IMG/VR virus record: IMGVR_UViG_3300033402_000049
Coordinates: 1-28,836 of that record
DNA length: 28,836 nucleotides
Strand: one strand, 5' to 3'
Source: a virus
Taxonomy: Duplodnaviria > Caudoviricetes
The notes beneath the pieces are model-generated. The model saw nothing but the letters and a program-made list of their open reading frames with translations. It searched no databases and was not told the origin of the DNA. Position numbers and translations under genes: made by a program. Below are positions 7,437-15,262 of this stretch, piece after piece; the stretch's first letter is position 1; every line of letters starts with the position of its first letter.

Positions 7437-7994
7437 TTAGACCTCGATTGTCGTTGTCGCGTTGAGCAAGGACAGCCGACCATCGAGTTCACCCATAACT
7501 GTATCGAAGATTTCTTGCTCTTCTAGAAGAGTCTTCTCTTCTAAATGCACGACAACATCGCCCGGCTTTGCATCAGCCTCGGCGGAAGCCGCAATCATAG
7601 CGCGACCGTCTTTTTGAAGCTTATCGCGCATGTTCTTAATGTTGACTTGTAAAAGGTTAAGGTACTCACGTGAGGATACAGACACCTCACGACGCCAGGT
7701 CAGCCACTCGGCCACGGACATTTCGTGACCTCCAATACCACCTCCAATACCTGTTCGAGTTTCGAGGTTGCTCCTTTGAATGGCTGTTCGAATGTCAACG
7801 ACCCTTTTCTCAAGGTCACGAATGGCCTGACGCTCCCTCCTTAGGAACTCGACTGAACCTCCCTCCCTTTCAAGAGGGTCTTTAACCCGTGCGTCACGAG
7901 CTACATACTGCAAAGTATTCTGCCTCTTTGTTTGAAGACGCTTGTTGATTGTTTTGAGCTCAGCAAGCGCTTCAGTAATCGTCATCTTTGACAT
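7437..7994 (-). CDS. DIP1984/septicolysin-like coiled-coil protein
   Basis: MTITEALAELKTINKRL..IRTAIQRSNLET..MSVAEWLTWRRE..ELDGRLSLLNATTTIEV follows the two-repeat pattern I recall for this family (M.L.EAL..; I...N..T; ..AEA...R; LD..IQ..N..T.). Not confirmed by search. Confidence 0.7.
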   Translation of the reverse strand: MSKMTITEALAELKTINKRLQTKRQNTLQYVARDARVKDPLEREGGSVEFLRRERQAIRDLEKRVVDIRTAIQRSNLETRTGIGGGIGGHEMSVAEWLTWRREVSVSSREYLNLLQVNIKNMRDKLQKDGRAMIAASAEADAKPGDVVVHLEEKTLLEEQEIFDTVMGELDGRLSLLNATTTIEV

Positions 7995-8003
7995 GGGGCT
8001 GTT

Positions 8004-8408
8004 TTATCCTTTCTTGGGTTGAATCTTACCCTCAACGTACATCTGAACCAAAAGCCTCAAAACCTGCGAACGCTCTCCGAACTTGGGTGTCATCTTACGA
8101 AACTGCTCCCAGATATCGCGTCGTAGAGCGAAGGACATCATGGTAAATTTTCCGGTTATCGACAAGAGATTGTCCTTCGTTCCAAGAGGAGTATGTCTGT
8201 TCTGTCCTTTCCCTCGAAGGATATTGCATGAAGCACATACTGGATCAACTTCCAAAGGTTTTGTGTAATCACGATGGTCATAGACTGTAGCTCTTCTGAC
8301 TTTACAGTCAATACACATGACCTCTTGTTTCTTAAGGTCAGGAAGAACTCCCTTGATTACCGCTCGTCTGACACGTTGCCAAGCTGCGTGATATTGCACA
8401 GTGGCCAT
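8004..8408 (-). CDS. Zn-binding HNH-like domain plus C-terminal ribbon-helix-helix-like domain
   Basis: CIDC..YDHRDYTKPLEVDPVCASCN; C-terminal MMSFALRRDIWEQFRK..RSQVLRLLVQMYV. Start is ATG 8408 or a leaderless GTG at 8399. Confidence 0.65.
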   Translation of the reverse strand: MATVQYHAAWQRVRRAVIKGVLPDLKKQEVMCIDCKVRRATVYDHRDYTKPLEVDPVCASCNILRGKGQNRHTPLGTKDNLLSITGKFTMMSFALRRDIWEQFRKMTPKFGERSQVLRLLVQMYVEGKIQPKKG

Positions 8409-8435
8409 CGTACCACGGCAAGAAAAACAAGTCAA
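8407..8435 (-). promoter_or_regulatory. Sigma70-type promoter (leftward)
   Basis: TTGACT-17 nt-TACGAT with TG extended -10. Confidence 0.65.
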
Positions 8436-8442
8436 TAAGTTT

Positions 8443-8467
8443 TAAGTGCTTTGCAATCAAGCACTTA
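8443..8467. promoter_or_regulatory. Palindromic protein-binding or recombination site
   Basis: TAAGTGCTT-TGCAATC-AAGCACTTA: perfect 9-bp arms, 7-bp spacer. Confidence 0.6.
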
Positions 8468-8489
8468 CGTGTTTTTTGGGTACTGGTAC

Positions 8490-8518
8490 TTGCCATTTCG
8501 TTTTCCTTCAGCTATCAT
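8490..8518 (+). promoter_or_regulatory. Sigma70-type promoter (rightward, antisense to ftsK-like gene)
   Basis: TTGCCA-17 nt-TATCAT. Confidence 0.45.
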
Positions 8519-8589
8519 CTCGTTCCAGAACCAACGAAAGTCACGAAGGAAACTCCGATAGATACCTCTTGCGAAAAAACAAACCTTCG

Positions 8590-9738
8590 TCATCCTGACC
8601 TCCTTTGCAAAGCAAACTCTATTGCTGCTTGAATATCCTGCGCTGAAGCGAGTGGCGCATGAATTCTTTGCAGACCTGGCTTGTTTGGGTTGATGAACAG
8701 CATATCCCCCTGTGCAATAAGATGCTCCGCTCCTCCTGTATCCAAAACGACACGACTATCTGTTTGACTTGGTAGCCTAAAAGCAAGTCTTGCAGGAAAA
8801 TTCGACTTGATATCTCCCTCCAAAAGCTTCGCGCTTGGGCGTTGAGTCGCGACGATAATGTGTATTCCTGAAGCCCTAGCCTTCGCTGCAAGTTTCGCCA
8901 GCTTTCCCGAGGCAATCTTTCCAGCAAGAGCATATCGAGGCTTGCCGTCTGGCGACGGCTCGTCTTCTTCGATCTTTCGACGATCAGTAAGCAAATCTGC
9001 GATTTCGTCGATAACAAGAGAAATGTACGGGAGGCGAGACGCAGAGCCTTGGCGGGTTGAGTTGTATTCGGTAATGTTGTGGGTTGCAGATTGAGCAAAG
9101 AGTTTCAACCTCCGTGTCATTTCGTCGATAAGCTCGTCAAGGCGTATGTGGGCGAGGTCGATGCTCGTTGCGATGTTACTTCGTAGATGGGGAGCTTCGC
9201 GGAACTTCGTGAACTCGACACCTTCTTTGATATCGCACAAGACAAGCTGTACGTCCTTAGGGTCGTAGTTTAGTATCAACCCACCGATGAGGGAGTTCAA
9301 CAGCGTTGACTTGCCTCCGCCGGTAGAGCCAGCAATAAGAAGATGAGGCATCGTCGAGAGATCTTCTATGACGAGCTTGCCGTAGAAATCGATTCCAAGA
9401 ATCAAAGGAAGTCTATACTTCGTAGGGTCTATTGTGCAGTGATTGTACCACTTGACCCATTGACGTTCCTTGTTCGGTATAAAGATGCCGACAGCAGTTT
9501 CTCCAGGCATTCGCTTCACAAGAACATCTTCAACTCCCAATGCGACAGCAAAATCCGCTGCCAAAGCTTCGATATTCGCTACTCGGGTCGAGCCTGTCGG
9601 TAGAAAACGATATACAGATACGACAGGACCGACCGAAATAGGGTCTACGAAGTTTGCGGTTAGGCCAAGAGCAGCTATCTTGTGAGCTAGAGCGACAGTA
9701 GTCGCGAGTTGCTCGTCAGTTTTTACAGAGATACTCAC
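8590..9738 (-). CDS. ftsK: FtsK/SpoIIIE-family DNA translocase motor (alpha-beta domains only)
   Basis: GPVVSVYRF, PHLLIAGSTGGGKS, LVIDEIADL, KARASGIHIIVATQRPS, DSRVVLDTGGAEHLIAQGDMLF. Likely GTG start at 9738 after GGGAGAG. Confidence 0.92.
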   Translation of the reverse strand: MSISVKTDEQLATTVALAHKIAALGLTANFVDPISVGPVVSVYRFLPTGSTRVANIEALAADFAVALGVEDVLVKRMPGETAVGIFIPNKERQWVKWYNHCTIDPTKYRLPLILGIDFYGKLVIEDLSTMPHLLIAGSTGGGKSTLLNSLIGGLILNYDPKDVQLVLCDIKEGVEFTKFREAPHLRSNIATSIDLAHIRLDELIDEMTRRLKLFAQSATHNITEYNSTRQGSASRLPYISLVIDEIADLLTDRRKIEEDEPSPDGKPRYALAGKIASGKLAKLAAKARASGIHIIVATQRPSAKLLEGDIKSNFPARLAFRLPSQTDSRVVLDTGGAEHLIAQGDMLFINPNKPGLQRIHAPLASAQDIQAAIEFALQRRSG

Positions 9739-9757
9739 TTCTGCTCTCCCTACCCCG

Positions 9758-9853
9758 CTAGGGCTTCTTACTGCGCTCAAGCCACTTAACTAGGATTATC
9801 GTGATGTAGCAGCCCAGCACGATTGCCAACATAACTATGCCTTCTTCACTCAT
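9758..9853 (-). CDS. 31-aa membrane peptide MSEEGIVMLAIVLGCYITIILVKWLERSKKP
   Basis: Hand-translated; purine-rich SD; one TM segment; just upstream of the ftsK-like gene. Confidence 0.55.
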   Translation of the reverse strand: MSEEGIVMLAIVLGCYITIILVKWLERSKKP

Positions 9854-10039
9854 TTCCCCTGATCTTCCTCCCGCTCCTCGGCGGGGCGCGTCACCGCTCG
9901 CGCTCGTTGCAACTCCTACCGGCTCGGCGCGACCCCCGGCTACAACATACCTGGAGACAACGGAGCACCTGGTAGGCCAGACTCGTTACTCACCACAGGG
10001 CATCACCTCCTCCCCGTTGCCTGCCATCCGAGCAGGCGG

Positions 10040-10312
10040 TCAAGACCAAGTACCATCTGGAATATGTGGTGAACGGTCAAAGTCATTCCCATGCTTCCGT
10101 AAATTCTCCGTCACCTCACGGAAAGCATTTGAGAATGAATTGGTACGAACGGCGGCGCTTCGCAACTGCGATTCGTTCATGCACTGCTTGCTGAAAGTGT
10201 ACGCCATCGCTCGCGTCAATCTTTCAAGTTGCAAACAGCGCCCTTTCAACATATCGGCCTGTTTTTCCAATTCTGCGATACGCTCCGTATCTGTTACCGC
10301 CTTCTTGCTCAT
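10040..10312 (-). CDS. Hypothetical coiled-coil protein
   Basis: ATG at 10312 preceded by GAGGAG. Confidence 0.6.
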   Translation of the reverse strand: MSKKAVTDTERIAELEKQADMLKGRCLQLERLTRAMAYTFSKQCMNESQLRSAAVRTNSFSNAFREVTENLRKHGNDFDRSPHIPDGTWS

Positions 10313-10492
10313 CGTTTTCTCCTCTCTCAAACTCTGCGCCGAGGGAAGCCGCTTACAGCGATGGTCATAGGCTTTGCCTTGTATTCCATGCCCTGGGCGA
10401 CTTCCCCCGCGCATCCCCGGTGGCTGGCCGCGCTTGCATTGCGACTATCACCAGACTTCGGACACCGCACCGCGCACCAACCACCGAGAAAC

Positions 10493-11599
10493 TCATCTCA
10501 ACTCACGCTCCAACAAGAGCTTGAAATCCCGCGCAATGGTGTCACGGATCACTCGTTGCGCCCATCCCCTTTTCGCGTGGCTTATCAGACCCTCATTGTC
10601 GAGTTGGGCGGCAATTTTCGTAGCCAGCTTTTGTACTTGGCGTTTCATCGTTTCATCCTCCGCTCTGCCCCTTGAGGCGCGACGTAATTCTTCGACTCGC
10701 ATCGCACACCATGTCTGAAAATGTTCCGCGTCAAGAGATTTCGCCATTATCGCGGCAGAACCGAACACGTCCATTTTCGCCTCAGCGCGCACCTTGGCTG
10801 TAAACTCCTCGAATCCTTCCATCGTTGTGCAGAGCCAATCACAAGCACCTTTGTCGGGATAATCCGCTAAATGGGATTGAACGGCCTTCTGTTCCGCCCT
10901 GACGCCAGCATGAAAGCTCTCTAACTTCACCTTGGCATCGTGGCCGGGGAGCCATGAATCAATTACAGGGAGTAAACAATCGGCTATATGGTCGGCGGAT
11001 GGTCCAAATCCGCGTCCATCTATACAGTCGCGTTCTTTTACAATAACCACTGCCAGTTTGTCTCGTAGTTCTATGTCTCTGGGCGATACTTTGCAATCAT
11101 CCCAAGTTGGTTGCCTATCACCGTCGCTCTCCCATTGTCTACTTTCGTTGACCAAGTCCACCTCAGGCGCTGGCTCCGCTGGCATAATTCCAGGCATAGA
11201 CGAACCGTAGGTTGTTGCGTATTCGTCTCTTGGTCCAGGTTCTCCTACACCTGTCCAATCTTGTGGGGGCGCTGGCTCACTGGGCGGGGCCGCACCCGGC
11301 GTGCTCGCAGAGAGGGCGGCGTTTACCTGCTGCTGATAAAATTCATGCGCAGCTGCTAGTGTTGAGCGCAACACTTGACGCCACCATTCATCGCTGTACT
11401 TTCCTTCGGGGAGCAATCCAGCATCGTAGCAATCAAGCGATAGCTCCGTCAGCGCCGGGGCCTGTGGCTGGGCGAGTAGGGATTGTAGTCGGTCAGCGGC
11501 ATCTCGATATGCTAGTCCCGCATTATTCATATCACCCCGACTGTTTTGTTCGTCTCGTAGATATTCCACTAACTGCTTCAACTCATCCTGTGGGCTCAT
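10493..11599 (-). CDS. Hypothetical mosaic phage protein
   Basis: 368 aa ORF, AAGGAG SD, ATGA overlap, Pro-rich linkers. Confidence 0.75.
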   Translation of the reverse strand: MSPQDELKQLVEYLRDEQNSRGDMNNAGLAYRDAADRLQSLLAQPQAPALTELSLDCYDAGLLPEGKYSDEWWRQVLRSTLAAAHEFYQQQVNAALSASTPGAAPPSEPAPPQDWTGVGEPGPRDEYATTYGSSMPGIMPAEPAPEVDLVNESRQWESDGDRQPTWDDCKVSPRDIELRDKLAVVIVKERDCIDGRGFGPSADHIADCLLPVIDSWLPGHDAKVKLESFHAGVRAEQKAVQSHLADYPDKGACDWLCTTMEGFEEFTAKVRAEAKMDVFGSAAIMAKSLDAEHFQTWCAMRVEELRRASRGRAEDETMKRQVQKLATKIAAQLDNEGLISHAKRGWAQRVIRDTIARDFKLLLERELR

Positions 11600-11790
11600 G
11601 TCCGCTCCTTCTCACGCTCCAGCACGTCATCGTAAATCTCTCCCCAGTAAGTTCTCCATGTTGTCTGCCCACAATAGACACACTGCAAATGCGGCCACCC
11701 ACCTGGAGGGTCATTGCTAGAGCCAGTCACAAGGTAGATTTCACGATCCCAATGATGTCTTCTATCGGGACTTTGCAAACAGACACTCAT
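11596..11790 (-). CDS. Hypothetical small Zn-binding protein
   Basis: C..H and CVYC motifs; AAGGAG SD. Confidence 0.6.
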   Translation of the reverse strand: MSVCLQSPDRRHHWDREIYLVTGSSNDPPGGWPHLQCVYCGQTTWRTYWGEIYDDVLEREKERT

Positions 11791-11834
11791 TTCGTCTCCT
11801 TCCTCGCCTCGGCCAAGACTGCACTCCCAACGTG

Positions 11835-12578
11835 TTAGTACAACTCCTTTGCCCCTAATTGCTTAGCCGATACACGCCCGTCAGTAAGCATTGCTCGGTA
11901 TCCAGGTGTTAGATAACCAAAAGAGTTCGAGAAAGCGTTTACGTCGGTAAACTTTAGATAGACGCCTCCTGTTTCGTGAGCTATTCTACGAAGTAGCTCC
12001 TCACCAGAGGAGTCTCCTATGTGGACGCAGTCTATCGGAATGCCTGCTTGTTTGTAGGGGTTTAGGACTGCAACACAAGATTTAAGATCGCTTTCGTCTT
12101 CGTCGTAATACGACCGACCCCAGTCGGTAGCCTCGCCGTCGGATACGATTATACCTCGTGTCATCGGAATTTTACTGATACAGCGCTCAACGCAAGAGCG
12201 CATTGGCGTATTGCCTGAAGCGTCCATATTGAATAACGAGGTTGTTATTATCAAAGGAAGCGACGTTAGTGGAAGCTCGACCGCTGGAGGGAAGGTCTCA
12301 ATGGCTATAGAAGTATCGGCAAAGTTGCATCGAGCAACGAAGTTGTCGACTGCGTCGCGGAGTAGCTCGATGCGATGTCTATTCTTTTGCTCTTGGGTGT
12401 TCATCGAAGATGAACGGTCTAGCATAAGACAAATACGATTGGGCATCGTCGAGGGGTCGACAGCTTCGGCTTTAGCTGCGTTGACGCGTTGCTGGAAGGG
12501 ACTGGCTTTGGAGGTCAGTTTGCCTTTGTTCAGCATTAAGGTGGGGGGTGAATCGTTTGGTTTTGTTAGATTCGACAT
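11835..12578 (-). CDS. von Willebrand factor A domain protein
   Basis: MIDAS: LMLDRSSSM, GNTPM, IIVSDGEA; IDCVHIG..LLRRIAHETGGVY. Confidence 0.9.
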   Translation of the reverse strand: MSNLTKPNDSPPTLMLNKGKLTSKASPFQQRVNAAKAEAVDPSTMPNRICLMLDRSSSMNTQEQKNRHRIELLRDAVDNFVARCNFADTSIAIETFPPAVELPLTSLPLIITTSLFNMDASGNTPMRSCVERCISKIPMTRGIIVSDGEATDWGRSYYDEDESDLKSCVAVLNPYKQAGIPIDCVHIGDSSGEELLRRIAHETGGVYLKFTDVNAFSNSFGYLTPGYRAMLTDGRVSAKQLGAKELY

Positions 12579-12587
12579 AGTCTCTCC

Positions 12588-13070
12588 TTACCTCTTGAAG
12601 AATTCCTTTTCGATTCGGCTCCAAAGCTCGTTGAGCTTGGTCATTTTAACCGCGTCGCCGCTCGGTTTGTCGGGATGTAGCTCTTGACTAGCTTGTAAAT
12701 ACGCACGCTTCGCGGCGTTGTAAGGAAGTAATGTGAAGAAGGCTACGATGCAATCCTCAGTCGTACCGCTGCTCGTTTGCAGATACGAGCCTTGTGCTCC
12801 GCGAGCTTGCGATTGATAGGCACGAGCTTGTTGTGTAACGTCCTTCGAGGTAAAGGAAACGCAGCCCGTTCCAAAGGACGACTCAGCTAGTTGTCGAAGG
12901 AAAAGTCCGTACTTTTCTTGAACGTACCAAATCTTCGTCGTGCCGTCAAGAGTTCTATCACCAGATGGGATTAGACTCTTTAGAGTCTCGAGGAATTTCT
13001 CGTTGTACGGCCACGATGCGGCATAGGACTGGGACGTTTCGTCCCACCAAATCCTCGCCTTAATCGCCAC
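12588..13070 (-). CDS. Protein with C-terminal J-domain-like (HPD) region
   Basis: AKRAYLQASQELHPDKPSGDAVKMTKLNELW. The N-terminal PYNEKFLETLKSLIPSGDRT..TKIWYV resembles HARP-like domains. Confidence 0.75.
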   Translation of the reverse strand: MAIKARIWWDETSQSYAASWPYNEKFLETLKSLIPSGDRTLDGTTKIWYVQEKYGLFLRQLAESSFGTGCVSFTSKDVTQQARAYQSQARGAQGSYLQTSSGTTEDCIVAFFTLLPYNAAKRAYLQASQELHPDKPSGDAVKMTKLNELWSRIEKEFFKR

Positions 13071-13227
13071 GAGGAACCTCTTCGCAAGACACGACTTCGA
13101 GCTTTATTCCTGCTGGTGTGTCTGTACCGTCACTAAACAATCTTTCGATATTGGATTGGCTTAGAGGAATAGGTATTCCATCGTCTTCTATTCGAATGAT
13201 GACCTTCCACTCTTTTTTATTTGGCAT
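13060..13227 (-). CDS. Hypothetical protein (55 aa)
   Basis: Hand-translated MPNKKEWKVIIRIEDD..; TAAGGAG SD; overlaps the start of the next gene. Confidence 0.6.
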   Translation of the reverse strand: MPNKKEWKVIIRIEDDGIPIPLSQSNIERLFSDGTDTPAGIKLEVVSCEEVPRGD

Positions 13228-13237
13228 TTTTATCTCC

Positions 13238-13318
13238 TTAGTGAGACACTCTATACGAATGACCGCCCTTGAGATATCACTCGATTTGACGTCTGGCGGT
13301 TATAGAGTGTCTCACTAA
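13238..13318. repeat. 18-bp perfect inverted repeat with an inner stem
   Basis: TTAGTGAGACACTCTATA .. TATAGAGTGTCTCACTAA; inner ACCGCC/GGCGGT. Confidence 0.85.
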
Positions 13319-13348
13319 AAAGGCGAGCCTCACCGAGTAGGCTCGCTT
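13317..13348 (-). terminator. Putative intrinsic terminator
   Basis: Minus strand AAGCGAGCCT-ACTCGGTG-AGGCTCGCCT followed by TTTT. Confidence 0.55.
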
Positions 13349-13406
13349 ACTGCGTCCTCGACAGGAGTAACGACGGCTATGCTCCGCCGCTCGGTGGTAA
13401 AGAGAA

Positions 13407-13487
13407 GCTCCCGTCGTCGTGCTAATCTACCGAGTACGAACCGCTTATGAGACGGCTCTTCATCAGTCGTAGACAGGCGACGGGAGC
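13407..13487 (-). ncRNA. Putative structured RNA element (long interrupted hairpin)
   Basis: Nested stems GCTCCCGTCG/CGACGGGAGC, TCTAC/GTAGA and GAGCCG/CGGTTC in an intergenic region. Confidence 0.4.
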
Positions 13488-13551
13488 AAACTCGTTTAAC
13501 CCACGAGTCGTGAGGGTGCTTGGTTCACCGTGCAGGGATCGCGAACTTCGT

Positions 13552-14049
13552 TTACGCTCCAGCGGGAGCCGCTTGCTGTTGGATGAGCGCGAGCGCAGCA
13601 CGCAACTGGTCTGGAGTGATGTGGATTCCGCCCTGAGCGAGGCTCTTGATGGCTTTTTCCTCAGGAGTCATCTTAGCCCTTTCCACCTTCTCAGCCACAG
13701 CGTAGCTCATATCCCAAACACCCTCTTGGGCTGTGAAGGCGTCGCCTGTTAGAAGGTCATTCGCCGCGTTGTGCTGACGCAGTGTCGCTGCGTAGTTGTA
13801 AACACCGAGGAAGACCTCGATGTTCTCGTACTCGCCAACCCCAGATCCACCAGCGAGCTGAACTGCTTCGTCCACCGTTTCGGCTACTTTGAAGCCGAAG
13901 GTTTGCGAAGCAATCAGAGCGGGTAGCTCTTCCTTGGCCTCGGTCGCGTCCTTGAGCTTTTTGTTGAAGGCGGTTTCGCTTGTGATGCGAACTTCACCGC
14001 CTTCGCCAGCTTCTTTGTACGCAACCTTCGTTACTGTTAAGTCTTTCAT
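13552..14049 (-). CDS. Hypothetical protein
   Basis: AGGAGG SD, own upstream promoter, Ala/Glu-rich 165 aa. Confidence 0.8.
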   Translation of the reverse strand: MKDLTVTKVAYKEAGEGGEVRITSETAFNKKLKDATEAKEELPALIASQTFGFKVAETVDEAVQLAGGSGVGEYENIEVFLGVYNYAATLRQHNAANDLLTGDAFTAQEGVWDMSYAVAEKVERAKMTPEEKAIKSLAQGGIHITPDQLRAALALIQQQAAPAGA

Positions 14050-14148
14050 TGTTGAACTTCCTCCTTTTTTGATTTGGTGCTAATTCCCTGTCGCCTCTGT
14101 TAACTTAGTTAACGGTTGTGAGGCTAACAGAGGCTTTGTACGCTTGGA

Positions 14149-14177
14149 AGCGTAGCAAACTCGTTGTTATTTGTCAA
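14149..14177 (-). promoter_or_regulatory. Sigma70-type promoter (leftward)
   Basis: TTGACA-17 nt-TACGCT with TG extension. The transcript would begin with the 10-bp hairpin GCCTCTGTTA/TAACAGAGGC (14093-14134). Confidence 0.75.
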
Positions 14178-14231
14178 GTTGCAAAGGCAACAAAACAAAC
14201 GACTTGTGTAGGCACGAATGAAAAGCGAAGG

Positions 14232-14381
14232 CTACTTGCGCTTGTCGTTTTCGACTTTGGCCGCCGCAACGAAGTAGTTCCACTCTTCCTCAGAACAGGA
14301 GTGCTTGAACTCTATCATTTCGGCGGATGAGATCGCTCCACGAACGCTGTCGTGCTCGAAGAACTTCTTGATTTCCATCAT
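14232..14381 (-). CDS. Hypothetical protein (49 aa)
   Basis: Hand-translated MMEIKKFFEHDSVRGAISSAEMIEFK..; TAAGGAGG SD. Confidence 0.65.
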   Translation of the reverse strand: MMEIKKFFEHDSVRGAISSAEMIEFKHSCSEEEWNYFVAAAKVENDKRK

Positions 14382-14393
14382 GACATTTCCTCC

Positions 14394-14765
14394 TTAGTGT
14401 GTACTACGAATCCAGTCAACAAACTGATTGTGTGTTATTACCTCAACATGACCAATTCCTTTACCTCTGTGTCCGATGAAGCACCACGCCCCTAAAGGAC
14501 CATGAGCTAGGTCAAGAGCTTCTTCGCACGACCTTGCGTCACGCCCATCGATAACACACTCAAAATACCCGTCGGTGACTTTGTAGTAGACCCAGTATGA
14601 AACTTGAGGTCTTTGAGCACCGACATCCCGCACGGTCTTGGGCAGTGGTAGGAGTTTTATAAGCTCTTCGATGCAATGCCCACACGCGAGTCCGCCAGGA
14701 ACGGGCTTCGCTTGCCAGAAGAGGTCGTTGGGGATGTCGTTGTGACATAGAACGCAGTTGTGCAT
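14394..14765 (-). CDS. Hypothetical protein with N-terminal Zn finger
   Basis: CVLC..CGHC; TAATG overlap. Confidence 0.7.
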   Translation of the reverse strand: MHNCVLCHNDIPNDLFWQAKPVPGGLACGHCIEELIKLLPLPKTVRDVGAQRPQVSYWVYYKVTDGYFECVIDGRDARSCEEALDLAHGPLGAWCFIGHRGKGIGHVEVITHNQFVDWIRSTH

Positions 14766-15013
14766 TATTTTGTCTCCACAGGCTTACGATACTTCTGACA
14801 AGCGTAGGAGTATCCAATAGCAATACCCCAATCGAGTAATGTTTTAGTAGCTTGCATAAGGCGGTGCTCACTTGCTGTTTCCAGGAGAGTGTCGTAATTT
14901 TCAAGGGCTCGACAAAGCTCGTTCGTGTCTACACCCAAGTCTTCGAGCATCTCAGCTTTGCTCGGGACTTCGTCGTTAAGTTGTAGTATCAAATCTCCTA
15001 GACTTTTGGGCAT
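14765..15013 (-). CDS. Hypothetical protein
   Basis: GGGAG SD; operon packing. Confidence 0.7.
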   Translation of the reverse strand: MPKSLGDLILQLNDEVPSKAEMLEDLGVDTNELCRALENYDTLLETASEHRLMQATKTLLDWGIAIGYSYACQKYRKPVETK

Positions 15014-15016
15014 AGT

Positions 15017-15106
15017 TTACTCTCCCTCGCCAAAGTTACCCGACAATATGTCGAGTATTAGTGTGAATACAAAGTAGAGAAACGCTGTTGCTAAGAGTCC
15101 AAACAT
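15017..15106 (-). CDS. 29-aa membrane peptide
   Basis: MFGLLATAFLYFVFTLILDILSGNFGEGE; GGGAG SD; tiles the gap between neighbours. Confidence 0.55.
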   Translation of the reverse strand: MFGLLATAFLYFVFTLILDILSGNFGEGE

Positions 15107-15108
15107 AT

Positions 15109-15261
15109 TTACTCCCTGACGAGCTTATTGTAAACACGCTCTGCGAGCTTAAACAAACCCCAAACGAGGAGCAAGCTACCGTCAGTAACGACGAGCCATA
15201 GAAGCAAAACGAAAAGCATCTCAGTCCACGTCGTTGGGTGTTTGTCAATGGGAATTGGCAT
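15109..15261 (-). CDS. 50-aa membrane protein
   Basis: MPIPIDKHPTTWTEMLFVLLLWLVVTDGSLLLVWGLFKLAERVYNKLVRE; tiles the gap. Confidence 0.55.
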   Translation of the reverse strand: MPIPIDKHPTTWTEMLFVLLLWLVVTDGSLLLVWGLFKLAERVYNKLVRE

Positions 15262-15262
15262 T

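Noticed and set aside
9837-12687. Long plus-strand ORFs (e.g. 9837-10370, 11212-11838, 12211-12687)
   Set aside because: Antisense to coupled minus-strand genes, with no SD or motifs.
13425-13475. Hammerhead ribozyme (CTGATGA plus stem on the minus strand)
   Set aside because: The required GAAA after stem II reads GTAC, and stems I and III cannot be built.
15036-15248. Tracked 70-aa ORF with TTG start
   Set aside because: Three ATG-initiated micro-ORFs tile the region better.
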